The notes under the pieces: generated by a model
Databases searched by the model: none
Seen by the model: the letters and a program-made list of their open reading frames with translations, nothing else
What the model was told of the DNA's origin: nothing
In this document: one piece after another, positions 52,925-64,000 of the stretch
Layout of the letters: every line of letters starts with the position of its first letter
Position numbering within the stretch: the stretch's first letter is position 1
Translations under genes and position numbers: made by a program
NCBI RefSeq assembly: GCF_001194135.2
Contig: NC_068984.1
Coordinates: 57,352,642 to 57,416,641 of the forward strand
Length of the DNA stretch: 64,000 nucleotides
Direction: 5' to 3'
Source: Octopus bimaculoides
Taxonomy: Eukaryota

Positions 52925-53935
52925 CTAGCAGAAGCACCCGGCGTTGCTCGGGAGTGGCACATAAAAGACACCATTTTGAGCGTGGCCGTTGCCAGTACCG
53001 CCTGACTGGCCCTCGTGCGGGTGACACGTAAAAGCACCCACTACACTCTCTGAGTGGTTGGTGTTAGGAAGGGCATCCAGCTGTAGAAACTCTGCCAAAT
53101 TAGATTGGAGCCTGGTGTTGCCATCCGGTTTCACCAGTCCTCAGTCAAATCGTCCAACCCATGCTAACATGGAAAACGGACGTTAAACGATGATGATGAT
53201 GATGATGATGGTACTTGGAAACTTTTACGAAAATTAAAATGGAGATTAAATGAAAGAAATGATTTACATGAATATCCTCACAATAGTAATTGAAATAAAT
53301 GGTGATTGTGGAACCCCCCATGCACGCACACGCACACACACACAGTATTACACATCAGATGAAATGGATGTGTGTGTGTGTGACAGAGAGAGAGAGAGGT
53401 TTGTTGTCATGTATACGTACATGCATAAATATGCATACATCTTTGTGTGTGAATGTGTGTGTGTATGAGAGAGAGGGAGAGTAAATACTATATACACACC
53501 GCTCTCACTCTGTCTCACACACACACTCACATGCACACATACATCCAAAAATGATGGATGCATACGACAACACACCCCTTGACTCACTCACACTCTGTCT
53601 GTTACAAACACACACTTACATAAATGTATGCAAACATATTTACAAAGACACACGTGTGTATGCACGCGCGCAATACTGGAAGTTGACATTGCATCACAAG
53701 TATGTAAGCCGTTGTTATGTCAATACCGGAAGTTGACACTGAGGAACCTTTTTAAAGAAGTGAATCATAAATATAAAGCAATATTATTTATTTTTAATTT
53801 AAAAAATCAAATGAAGAGCCTAAGATTTATCCGAGGTCAAATTATTCATGTATGACAAGTATGGAAGTAAATAGTGAAGCCGTTTTCACGTGATAAGCGA
53901 TTACACACACATCTCTGTTTTATATATAGTATAGA
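52925..53935 (-). mobile_element. Non-autonomous Helitron (1011 bp) carrying a nested RTE 3' tail at about 52954-53210
   Basis: Minus strand starts A|TCTATACTATATATAAAAC (53935) and ends with hairpin CCCGAGCAACGCCGGG, 8 nt, then CTAG|T (52925). Inserted in an AT dinucleotide with no TSD. Confidence 0.8.
52954..53210 (+). mobile_element. RTE-family 3'UTR/tail copy ending in (GAT)n
   Basis: Near-identical to the 3' end of 27276-27927 (27693-27927) over its last roughly 170 bp. Confidence 0.9.
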
Positions 53936-54020
53936 TAAATGATTACATCATATAATATGAGGGGTTATGCATTAACTTTTATTGAAACCAAAAATAATTC
54001 TCTGTGTGTGTGTGTGTGTA

Positions 54021-54419
54021 TACTCTTTCACTTATTTCAGTCATTTGACTGCGGCCATGCTGGAGCACTGCTTTTAGTCGAGCAAATCGACCCCAGGACT
54101 TATTCTTTGTAAGCCTAGTACTTCTATCTATCTCTTTTGCCGAACCGCTAAGTTACGGGGACGCAAACACACCACCATCGGTTGTCAAGCTATGTTGGGG
54201 GGACAAACAGACACACAAATATATACACACACATACATATATATATACATATATACGATGGGCTTCTTTCAGTTTCCGTCTACCAGATCCACTCACAAGG
54301 CTTTGGTCAGCCCGAGGCTATAGTAGAAGACACTTGCCCAAGGTGCCATGCAGTGGGACTGAACCCAGAACCATGTGGTTGGTAAGAAAGCTACTTACCA
54401 CACAGCCACTCCTGCGCCT
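54021..54419 (-). mobile_element. SINE of about 400 bp with an internal microsatellite. Other copies: about 5385-5620(-), 19945-20160 and 20440-20480(-), 27000-27165(-), 31105-31492(-), 50655-51035(+)
   Basis: Shared head ggcgcaggagtggctgtgtggtaag...ggttcagtcccactg, ccttgggcaagtgtcttc and tail ...cagtcaaatgactgaaataagtgaaagag across copies. Confidence 0.88.
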
Positions 54420-54509
54420 GTTTCATACGAATATTTAATTGTTGCTATTTTATATTTTCAATTTCGCACATGCACATAGTTTGTTTTTGATTTTGTTGAC
54501 TACACAGTA

Positions 54510-55330
54510 TAGTAGGGTCAGTTGGGTGCATAAGCAGAGATCAGTGTCATAAAGATGGTAGCAGAGATTAGTATTCAGAGAGTCATAAGCTGTTCATTGA
54601 TGGCAGGTTTCAGATGGTGTTCCTTCACAAGTTTGGATTTTACAGCAAAAGCAACTCCATGAATGTTTCTCTCTCCTTCTTTTTCTTTCTAAAAGAAGGT
54701 ATAACCTGAACCTATCTCCTCCGTCTTTCCTTCCCCAGATAGATGTGTTTCACTGATGGCAGCGATATCAATGTTAAATCTCCCTAGTTCTTTGGATACA
54801 AGAGTTGTTCTACGTTCTGGTCTCTCTGTATCTTGCGGATTGAGGAGCAGTCGCACATTCCATGTTCTAATCGTTAATTCAATCAATTTATTTAATTTAA
54901 ATTTCTCTTGTTACTCAACCACTTGAATGGGTGTCCTGCTAGATGCGACTTACCAGCCAGGATTCTATGGTGACATCTGATATTTAGCCTTTTCTAGGGC
55001 CTTCCCCCATTCAGGGTGAGCTGCAGTGTTCCCAAATAGGCCTGCCCAGTCACAGATGTAGGACCGAGTCCCTGGGTTGTCACCGGGTCCCAGGAAGTCA
55101 ACCATCTTGCAATTTCGCCAGTGTTCAGATCCAGACTAGGAGCTTCTAGTTTCACCAAAACCTGCTCCCACCATCCCTACCCCATCGCCATTGGGCTTTT
55201 GTATAAAAAAAAGGTGGGGAGAGAGCTGGATCAAAAAGAAACCAGGCAATGGCATGAGTTTGTTTAGGATGAAGATCTCCTTGCCTAGGGGTTCCTCATG
55301 CACAATGGCCCAAAATCCTGCCACAGCACT
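54510..55330 (-). mobile_element. 5' portion of an RTE (BovB-like) LINE: 5' region and APE endonuclease N-terminus
   Basis: LTIRTWNVRLLL..ERPERRTTLVSKELGRFNIDIAAISETHLSGEG....GSGYTFF*, continuing HGVAFAVKSKLV...INEQLMTL*...LISAYAP. The 5' boundary is approximate. Confidence 0.85.
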
Positions 55331-55383
55331 ACCTAGAGTGACATGGGATGTCTGGAAGATAGATTGCAACAGAATGCTGCTAG

Positions 55384-55415
<32 letters not shown>

Positions 55416-57631
55416 NNNNNNNNNNNNNNNNNNNNNNNNNNNNNNNNNNNNNNNNNNNNNNNNNNNNNNNNNNNNNNNNNNNNNNNNNNNNNNNNNNNNN
55501 NNNNNNNNNNNNNNNNNNNNNNNNNNNNNNNNNNNNNNNNNNNNNNNNNNNNNNNNNNNNNNNNNNNNNNNNNNNNNNNNNNNNNNNNNNNNNNNNNNNN
55601 NNNNNNNNNNNNNNNNNNNNNNNNNNNNNNNNNNNNNNNNNNNNNNNNNNNNNNNNNNNNNNNNNNNNNNNNNNNNNNNNNNNNNNNNNNNNNNAGAACA
55701 AAACAATTGATATGTAAACTATTGATTGAGAATTACAGAAATGTTGGAGTTAAAGACTAAATTACTTTGTCAGATTTACTTATATCACTTTACATTCTGA
55801 TTTCAAATCCTGCCACTGCTGGCTTTGTATTTTGTTTATAGCAAAGGGGCCAATGATATATTGGGATTTATTCAGTCAATCATACCCACCATTTCTTACA
55901 AAGTTGCAGTCTTGTGCCAAAGTCAGAAATCAATATATGTTTTAGGGAAGAAAGGCGATGGATTCATAGAATCATTAGAGTATTGAACAAAATACTTTTG
56001 TTTATGGCTGTTTTAGTTTTTAGTTGAAATTTACCTTTCATTCTTCCAGGGTTGATAAATTAAAGTACTGACATGATTTAATCAACTGTACCCTGCCCTC
56101 CAAATTTTGGTCTTGCATTAGAAATCTATATTTATTTAGGGGGGAAAAAGATCTATTGATATTTTTTTCTCTTACCTTGTTGTTTAAATATCATGAAAAG
56201 GAGTTGATAAGGTCATTGATCTATTGATTTATTTAATATGTTTGTTTCTTTATCTCTTTACTTTTTTATTTATGTAAACAAAATTTTTATGTCGAATAAA
56301 TGATGTGTTTATTGGGTTGTTTCACTTGAAACTGAATCCATTAATGTCTGGTATAAAATGTGCAGTGGGCTGAAAAATTATACTCTGAGTGTGTGTGTGT
56401 GCACCAATATTCAAGGTTGCAGATGAATGATTACAAGAACTGGCAAAGGAGAGAATAAATTCAATAATAAATAGAACTGTAAATAAATGATGTAGAAATA
56501 TTTGATATTATGTATACATACATACACACACACACACACATTATTTACCTGCTGGGAGTTTTTTTTTGTTATTTTTTAAAGATGAGATCTGTCCAGCTTC
56601 TTTTCACTCTATTGTTGTTTAGCTCCAGGTCAGTCTCAACCAAGTAGCAGATTCATGATCACAGGTATTTCAGTTGTGATCATGTTTTTTAATATATTTA
56701 ACTACAATATGCAATGTGCTCTTTCTTAAGATGTGGCTGCTATTTCTGGACAGTCAAGCAATTACAAAGAGCATCTGTTGCTGGTCCATTTCTTCTCTCT
56801 TTCTTGCTATTACTTTCTCTTATATGTGCATATTAAATTTTTTCCAAATGTTATTGATAGCCAGCCACCCCACTTACCATAAGTTGGTCTATGAGTTTTC
56901 ATGAGCTCACTTTTATTCCTAGTTAGAGATGCCTTTGCTTTCTTAGTTCCCCAATTTTTTTTTGTAATCTTGACTAGTAATTTCTCCCTTCTTAAATAAA
57001 ATTCATTCCTTGTCCATAAATACAATAGATTCATTTACATAAATGTCTTATGATATGAAGGATTTATTGGCATAGTAGTAATTCAAGTTGAAAGGTCCAA
57101 TATTATTAGTTTTCTGTAATAGTTGGTGCTGCTTCTGTCCTGAGTCTACTTGTTTTTACATTGATGTGATCATGATGTTGTTTCACATGACACAGTACTG
57201 TCTAACCTCAAAGCAAGGCAATCTTAACAACATTATTGGTTGTTAGGCCAAAGTTATCCCTTAGACAATCATAGCATACATAGATTAATACTGGGGTCAT
57301 CCAGATATATGGAACCCTGAGCATCTGCCAGGTGTGCCCATGCCTTAAGATAGCACTGCATTTTCCACCTAAGAAATTCAATGATAAAAGTGGAAGTTCA
57401 ATAATAGAACTGAAACAGATACCATAATTTTATCTGATGCTATGACAATTCTGCCAAAACACTGCCTTGGACTGGTACTTTATTAATCAACACTAAAAAC
57501 AAAATAATAAAAGACAAAATTTGGTATCTAGATAAATATTTCATTTGTCTTGAATTAGGCTCTGAGTAACCCTGGCTGTGTGTTAACACATATCTAGGTT
57601 TAATACTGATCACTTGATCTTAGGTAAAGTT

Positions 57632-58020
57632 AGTGGTGGTTGGCACTCCGTCGGTTACGATGTCGAGGGTTCCAGTTGATCCGATCAACGGAACAGCCTG
57701 CTCATGAAATTAACGTGCAAGTGGCTGAGCACTCCACAGACAAGTGTACCCTTAATGTAGTTCTCGGGGATATTCAGCATGACACAGTGTGACAAGGCTG
57801 ACCCTTTGAATTACAGGCACAGCAGAAACAGGAAGCAAGAGTGAGAGAAAGTTGTGGTGAAAGAGTACAGCAGGGTTTGCCACCATCCCCTGCCGGAGCC
57901 TTGTGGATCTTTTAGGTGTTTTCGCTCAATAAACACTCACAACACCCGGTCTGGGAATTGAAATCGCAATCCTACGACCGCGAGTCCACTGCCCTAATCA
58001 CTGGGCCATTGCGCCTCCAC
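57632..58020 (-). mobile_element. Full-length tRNA-derived SINE, same family as 10199-10581, with perfect 11-bp TSD
   Basis: Reverse complement aligns along its length with 10199-10581. TSD taggtaaagtt at 57621-57631 and 58021-58031. Confidence 0.92.
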
Positions 58021-58549
58021 TAGGTAAAGTTGATATACCATTGAAAAGACGTTAAAGGAAAGAGGAAGAACAACAAATATTTCACATTTGAAATAATGAA
58101 ATTGTAACAAACTACCTTTAATTGAAAACCAGATTGCTATGATGATGACATTGGCAATGCCTGTAGACTGGAGAATAACAGTTGAGTGATAAATTGTGCT
58201 CATGGTAGTTGGGGCAATCCTGAATCTGTGAGGTTCCTTGATTGAACCAAGCTGGATGCTCTTCTGTATCAGGAGAACTCCACCATCCAAGCTTTCACAT
58301 ATTTTGTATACTATGTATGCTTTTTGCCTCATATTTTTTTTGTAAACTTTGACACAAATTGTAAACTGTCCTTGTACTTTATTTACACTATTTACATTAT
58401 TTACATTTGATGGATATTTGTCCTCATCTTGTTTGTTGTTGATAATGTAAATAATGTACATAATTCCTCATCTCATAAATATAGAACTGTCCTTGTGCTG
58501 TCCCACTTATTGGATGTGTCTGTGGCAAATAAAAGAAATTATTCGAATT

Positions 58550-58596
<47 letters not shown>

Positions 58597-58708
58597 GAGT
58601 CAATAAAAGAAGTACTAATCTTGTACTGGGATCAATATAATCAACTAGTCCCCTCCCCACAAATTTCTAGTGTTGTGCCTATAGTAGAAAGAATTATTAT
58701 TATTATTA

Positions 58709-58742
<34 letters not shown>

Positions 58743-60551
58743 ATTGGTAGAATCATTAGAGTGTAGCCAAAAATGCCTCACACCATTTGTTCTAGCTCTT
58801 TCTGTTCTGAGTTCAAACCTCTCTGGAATCAGCTTGCCTTTCATGCTTTTGGGATTGATAAAATAACAATACCAGTCACAAACTGAGGTTGATATAATTA
58901 ACTCTTCTCTTCTTCTCAAATTTCTGGCTTTGTATCTATGCTAGAAGCAAATATTATTATAGTTCTTATACAAGAAAAATTACAGAAACCATGTAGTTTC
59001 ACAACTAGTTAAATTCCAGAATAGATGTGATATTTTCTTTTACAAATTTCAATTGAATTATTTTTAGAGTCAGTTTACTTTTGACTTGGGTTAATGCAAG
59101 ATTAGTATTTTTGGTAAACTATCTGATTTTGCTGTTTCTATTTTCAATATAAATTTCTACTTAGATATAGTTTAAAATCTATAGCATATACATTTTATTG
59201 TACTTTCTTTAATATCAGCTTGCTTCATTTTACAAATACCTTCCACAACACAATGCATTTTCCAAAACATTAACACACGTCCATGCATATATACACAGAA
59301 TTTTTTTTTTCTGTTTTCCTTTTTCTATTCTTTAATATCAGCATTATTTTTCAAAGTCATAAAGTCCAAAAATCCAAGCTTTCTATTCTATTAATTTCTC
59401 TTGTGGACATATGTCCTCAGATTTATAGAGGATTAGAAATGTGTTTTTCGACTGTCAAACATGAAATGGACATTGAAGCAGACAAGAATTAGATCCTGGT
59501 TATAAAGATCACTTGCTGAAAGTTTACTTTTATTTTATAGCATTCATAACAGGTATTCATGTCACTGTTTAACCTCACATGAACTTTGCACAAAGAGATC
59601 TAGGATCATAGGCATTCTAAATTATGACCATTTGGTCTTGATTTATTCAGATATAATGTCTGTAGATTTACATTATCCAATGTGTGAATCTTTTTTAATA
59701 CAGGAAGAATGTAGTTTGAAAGAGATTTGGTTGATATTTCTTGAAGGTCAAGCAGTTACTTCATTCTTGAAGATTTTGTTTTTTTTTTCTATTTTTGTTA
59801 TATACAAAATGACATCTTAGATAACATTCATATATCATTGTTTTGCTACTTGCTAAAATAGCTTTCTTTTAGCATTTTCTGTGATAATTAATGAGGAGTT
59901 TGTGGATTGCTGAAGTACATCCCAATTCAAAAATAACTGTCTAAATAGACAACAAATAGGATTACACACACTGTGTGTGTGTGTGTGTATCAACATTTCA
60001 ACATCTTTTTTCCAAACTGACTAGATCTACCAAAAGTTGTTTCACTAATCATCATAGTCATTCATGATTTTTTCCTTGAAGCTAAATATCTTGAGAACTA
60101 ATCATACTTCTCTTCTGTGAGCATCCTCCAGCACTTGACATTTTTCACCCTGAACTCATTGACCATATACATCATTTGTCTATTGACAGGGCAGGTGTTA
60201 TTTCCACATACTTTACTTGATCTTTTTAAGTTCCTTTCACTTTCTCACTTCCCTTGAGCTATGCCTCTCATGCATGCTATCACTATACACCCAATTTTTC
60301 CAGCCCTATTCACATCTTCCACATTTAGTTACTAATGTTTCATTTCCTTGCACCATAACACTTATACATCATCATCATTATGTATAAGATTTAGGGCTTG
60401 AAATAATGTAGCATCTGTTTTAAAGTCAGCAGAGAGTTTCTTGAAATGACTGCAGAATTGCAAAATGGACATTAAATTATGTTGATGATGACAATTGAAC
60501 AGATAAAGCAATAACATAAAAATTGCTTTATAAAAAATATGGTAATGTATA

Positions 60552-60651
60552 TCATCATCATCATCGTTTAACGTCCGCTTTCCATGCTAGCATGGGTTGG
60601 ACAATTTGACTGAGGACTGGTGAAACCGGATGGCAACACCAGGCTCCAATC
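60552..60651 (-). mobile_element. Short 5'-truncated RTE-tail insertion with 9-bp TSD
   Basis: One difference from the 27xxx copy over about 100 bp. TSD taatgtata at 60543-60551 and 60652-60660. Confidence 0.9.
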
Positions 60652-62123
60652 TAATGTATAATGTAAGAATAATAATATTGACTTATAAGATTATATAATC
60701 TAACTGAAAGATTATATAGTGTTTGTAGCAAAACAGTAATGCAGCAGTTGTTTTTATTGAGTATATTACTTACCTTATTCATTATACATTACAGTAACAT
60801 TTTCATGGTGTCTACATAGTGTTTGGTTCTTCAGAAACACATAAGCTTTATTCTAGTGCTGAGATTAGAATGAAGTTTTTATGTTGAAATAACGACCATC
60901 TATTGACTTTTTCAGTCAATTTCATTAACTTTAACACCTGTCATTATAGATAAGTGTATTTAAGAAACCATATATTAATTAGTTGTTTATTTTATTTATA
61001 GACTAAGATGAATGTAGTTACTTGCCAAATAGGTGGTTATGATAGTTAACAGCCTTAGATATCTTTTTGTACTTAAGCTTCTTACAAATACCAAAGCTGT
61101 GCACTTTAAGTTTTAACTAATTGTTAAATCTTGTTGACCAGCAAGATGAAAATAGTAACAAAAAAGTATCTTGTAACAGTTTTTAAAAAAATTTTGTATG
61201 TCATACACTAATAGTTATTCTTATTTTTGAATGAATGCACAACAAAATTCTTATTTGGAAAATATATTTAGAACAGCTTACAAGGAGATATAAACTTTGT
61301 TTTATTTCAGAATCTAATTAGCTTAAAAGTCAGGGAATATTTTTCTATGCTTCCAACAACATTTACACCTGTTCTCAAATTTAGTAAAAAGTTTCTGCAG
61401 TGAATGGAAAATGTTCCATTTTATGACAAGTTCTGGCTTTCAATTCACTCATTGAAGAAACTTATGGACATTCACTGAAATGAATATTAACATCTTATTA
61501 CATAAGACTAACTTGCCAATAGATGGAAATATATTCTTTGAACTTGACAGCAGAGATGACAAAAAATATACAGGGAGGTCTTTCATTTCTGAATTGAAAT
61601 CTTGAATATACTCTTAAAAAGGGGTTTATGCATAGGATAGTGATCATTATTGATACAGTGTTATTATAAATGTACACATAAAATTGGATGGATTGTTAAT
61701 TACCTCTCAAACACATTGATAGTGTTGTCCTTGATACTTTGATGAGCATTCTAGCTACAGAAATCTTTCTTTATTATGGATATACTCCTACACACTTTAA
61801 AATCAATGAACAGTCTTGGGATATTTAACTACTACATTCAGTATGTTAAATGGCTACAGAGAAACTCCTTCATTGACTTCTGAATCTCTCATTAGATTGA
61901 CATTTTAGTGTTTTGTATCTACTTTCAAAGTTAATAATAAATCACTACGTTGTCACACAACATCTGAGTTTCAAATTTTATGCATTTCTGGGACGTAGTT
62001 TTTATAAGAGCATGGATAGTCAAGTTGGGGCGGGAGTAGTACTAGAACAAGTAACATGGCAGTTAAAAGTTCATATTATGTCACTGGTATACTCTGACTT
62101 TGGCCAAGACACTAATCTATTAA

Positions 62124-62343
62124 CCCTTTAACATTCAGATTATTCTGTCAAATGTAATGCTTTTTTATTCAAATTGTTTTGAATTAATCATGCGTTATCT
62201 CATAGCTTTGAGGTTTCAATGATGTGATTGTTTATTTTTAGAATATTAGTGTAGGTTAGGTGTGAAAGGCTTCATATAGCCAGTTTGAATGTAAAACATG
62301 TAGAATATTTGGGCTGGATATGGCCAGTTTAAATGCTAAAGGG
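62124..62343 (+). mobile_element. piggyBac-type MITE (220 bp)
   Basis: TTAA flanks at 62120-62123 and 62344-62347; termini CCCTTTAACATT / AATGCTAAAGGG (11 of 12 inverted match). Confidence 0.85.
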
Positions 62344-63334
62344 TTAAATGAGCTGCATGTTGTATATCCTACTTATTACATGGCATTGTAAGATTAATTA
62401 ACACCCCTGCTTAAGCCAGCCTACACAAGCACTCTGTCTCCTCTTAAACCATTCGCTAAAATATATAAATTATATAGTCCTTCATTCTACCTTGTTCTCA
62501 ATTTTAGGTCCTGTGTTATCCTACTCTATAAACTAACCCTCATGTCTTCAAGTTCCCAATTGATCACACTAATATCATTCATTTTCTCATTAGATTGACT
62601 TGAAAGAATCTCTATAGAACAGCAGGGATATGTTCATATTTTACCACATGATGGTATGTAAAAGAAAAAGAAAAAAACAGAAAAAAATATTCATTGACTT
62701 TTCTCCCATGCTAATGAAGCATTAACAATGAAATAAGCCCAGTCAACAAAAGTTGACTCAGTTTGATCTATTCATTCTAAATGTAGATTTAGATTAAGAT
62801 GAAGTGATTGCATTAGGAAAACAGGAAGTATTTGTTATTCCTTATTTTTGATAATGATTTATTTTCTATTAAACTCTACAAGCTTATACATACAGACACA
62901 TAGATGTATGTACATAAACAGACATTGATACACACAAGTGTATAAATACTATTATTTGTTTGTATATTTCTTAGATAAAGAGTGTAGTTTACATAAAAAA
63001 TGGACTAAATGAATAAATACCCTTTTTTTTCTCCCATAAACAGTTTCTTGAATAAGTAGATAAGACCCTGCTTATTTACCAGTTATATTTTCTATTGCTG
63101 ATAAGAGAATAAATGTGAGATGTAATAACTTGTAAAGATATTGATGTTTTTATAACACACACAATATATATTTTCATGTATTGACTTCTAGCTTAACAAG
63201 AAACGTGGGTTGTTCTTTGTTCATTCTATGTCAATCTTTCCATGCTTGCATGGAGAAAGACTTACCACTGAGACATTATTTTACAGCTGGATGCCCTTCC
63301 TGTCACTAATCCATAGATTGTTGTTGTTAGAAAG

Positions 63335-63910
63335 GCAGTGAATTGACAGAATTAAAGCATTGGAGAAATTGCTTTGCAGCATTTGTGCAGGCTCTTTACA
63401 GTCTAAGTTCAAATCCTATGAAAGTCACACTTACCTTTATCTCTCCAGGGTTGATAAAAACAAAGTACCACTTAAGTACTTAGGCCTTGTGACTATGCTT
63501 GAAACAGTTATTAAGATAGTGGATTAACAAATTCATGAGGGTCTGACACATTAATGTTCTAAGTTTAAATCTCGCCAAGGTCAGTTTAACTTTTCACCCA
63601 TCCAGGGTTGCTAAAGTGAATGCCAGTCAGGTACTAGGGTCAACTCCTTTCCCAAATTTGATACCTTATGTTTATGTTAGAAATCATTATTATTATTACT
63701 ATTTTTACAAGATTAGTGGATCAGCAATCTCTAGAGCATTAGACAAAATACCTGTGGTGTTTGTTCTTGCTCTTTACAGTCTGAGATCAAAATTCACCCA
63801 GGTGACATTACCCTTCGTCCTTTTTGGGTTCAGTAAAATACAATATCAGCCAAGCACTGAGATCAATGATATTGACTAACCCCTCCCTGCTTTTTTGCCT
63901 GTTAGAAATA
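63335..63910 (+). repeat. Head-to-tail cluster of 3-4 degenerate copies of the same SINE
   Basis: Repeated ctaagttcaaatcc / ctgagatcaaaattcacc ... gttgataaaa..aagtacc motifs at about 63400, 63560 and 63780. Confidence 0.75.
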
Positions 63911-64000
63911 ATTACTGTTATTAAATTATTTTTGGTATTTTGGAATGGTCATCTTTGCTAATAACAAATATACCTCTTTATTACATGCAATCTAACGAAA

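Noticed and set aside
58389-58462. 19-bp inverted repeat (18 of 19 match) with a loop of about 36 nt
   Set aside because: Made of AT-rich tttacatta tandem units; low complexity makes the symmetry unremarkable.
61456-61605. 49-codon open frame RNLWTFTEMNINILL...FELDSRDDKKYTGRSFISELKS*
   Set aside because: No in-frame acceptor and no recognisable homology; this length is attainable by chance.

Overview
AT-rich eukaryotic (animal) genomic DNA from a short-read scaffold, with nine N-gaps mostly flanked by (TA)n/(CA)n/(TC)n. The SINE/RTE repeat repertoire and microsatellite load strongly resemble Octopus DNA; this is inference from my recollection of those repeats, not a database search. No prokaryotic genes, CRISPR arrays, rRNA or true tRNA genes are visible, and most listed ORFs are microsatellite or gap artefacts. 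The window looks like mostly intronic DNA of an unidentified + strand gene. Three candidate exons (485-586, a 9-nt microexon at 2513-2521, and 3946-4000) splice in frame to LTTVIEDIFTMDSDIIADWKGPLHDPDRIKLCRM-(SEW)-GRKGQHTSFVFPFLTAET. Several phase-1-compatible downstream exons could supply alternative C-termini (8648, 14380, 19463, 32276). The rest is dense decayed transposons: R4/Dong-like, CR1-like, RTE and Penelope-like retroelements, DD37D (maT-like) and mariner remnants, mariner- and piggyBac-type MITEs, a non-autonomous Helitron with a nested RTE tail, and several tRNA-derived SINE families. Notable structures are long fold-back inverted repeats (about 260-bp arms at 4753-5357; 78-bp arms at 23490-23674 with A-C mismatches) that could be ADAR substrates. 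All gene-model statements need RNA-seq confirmation.
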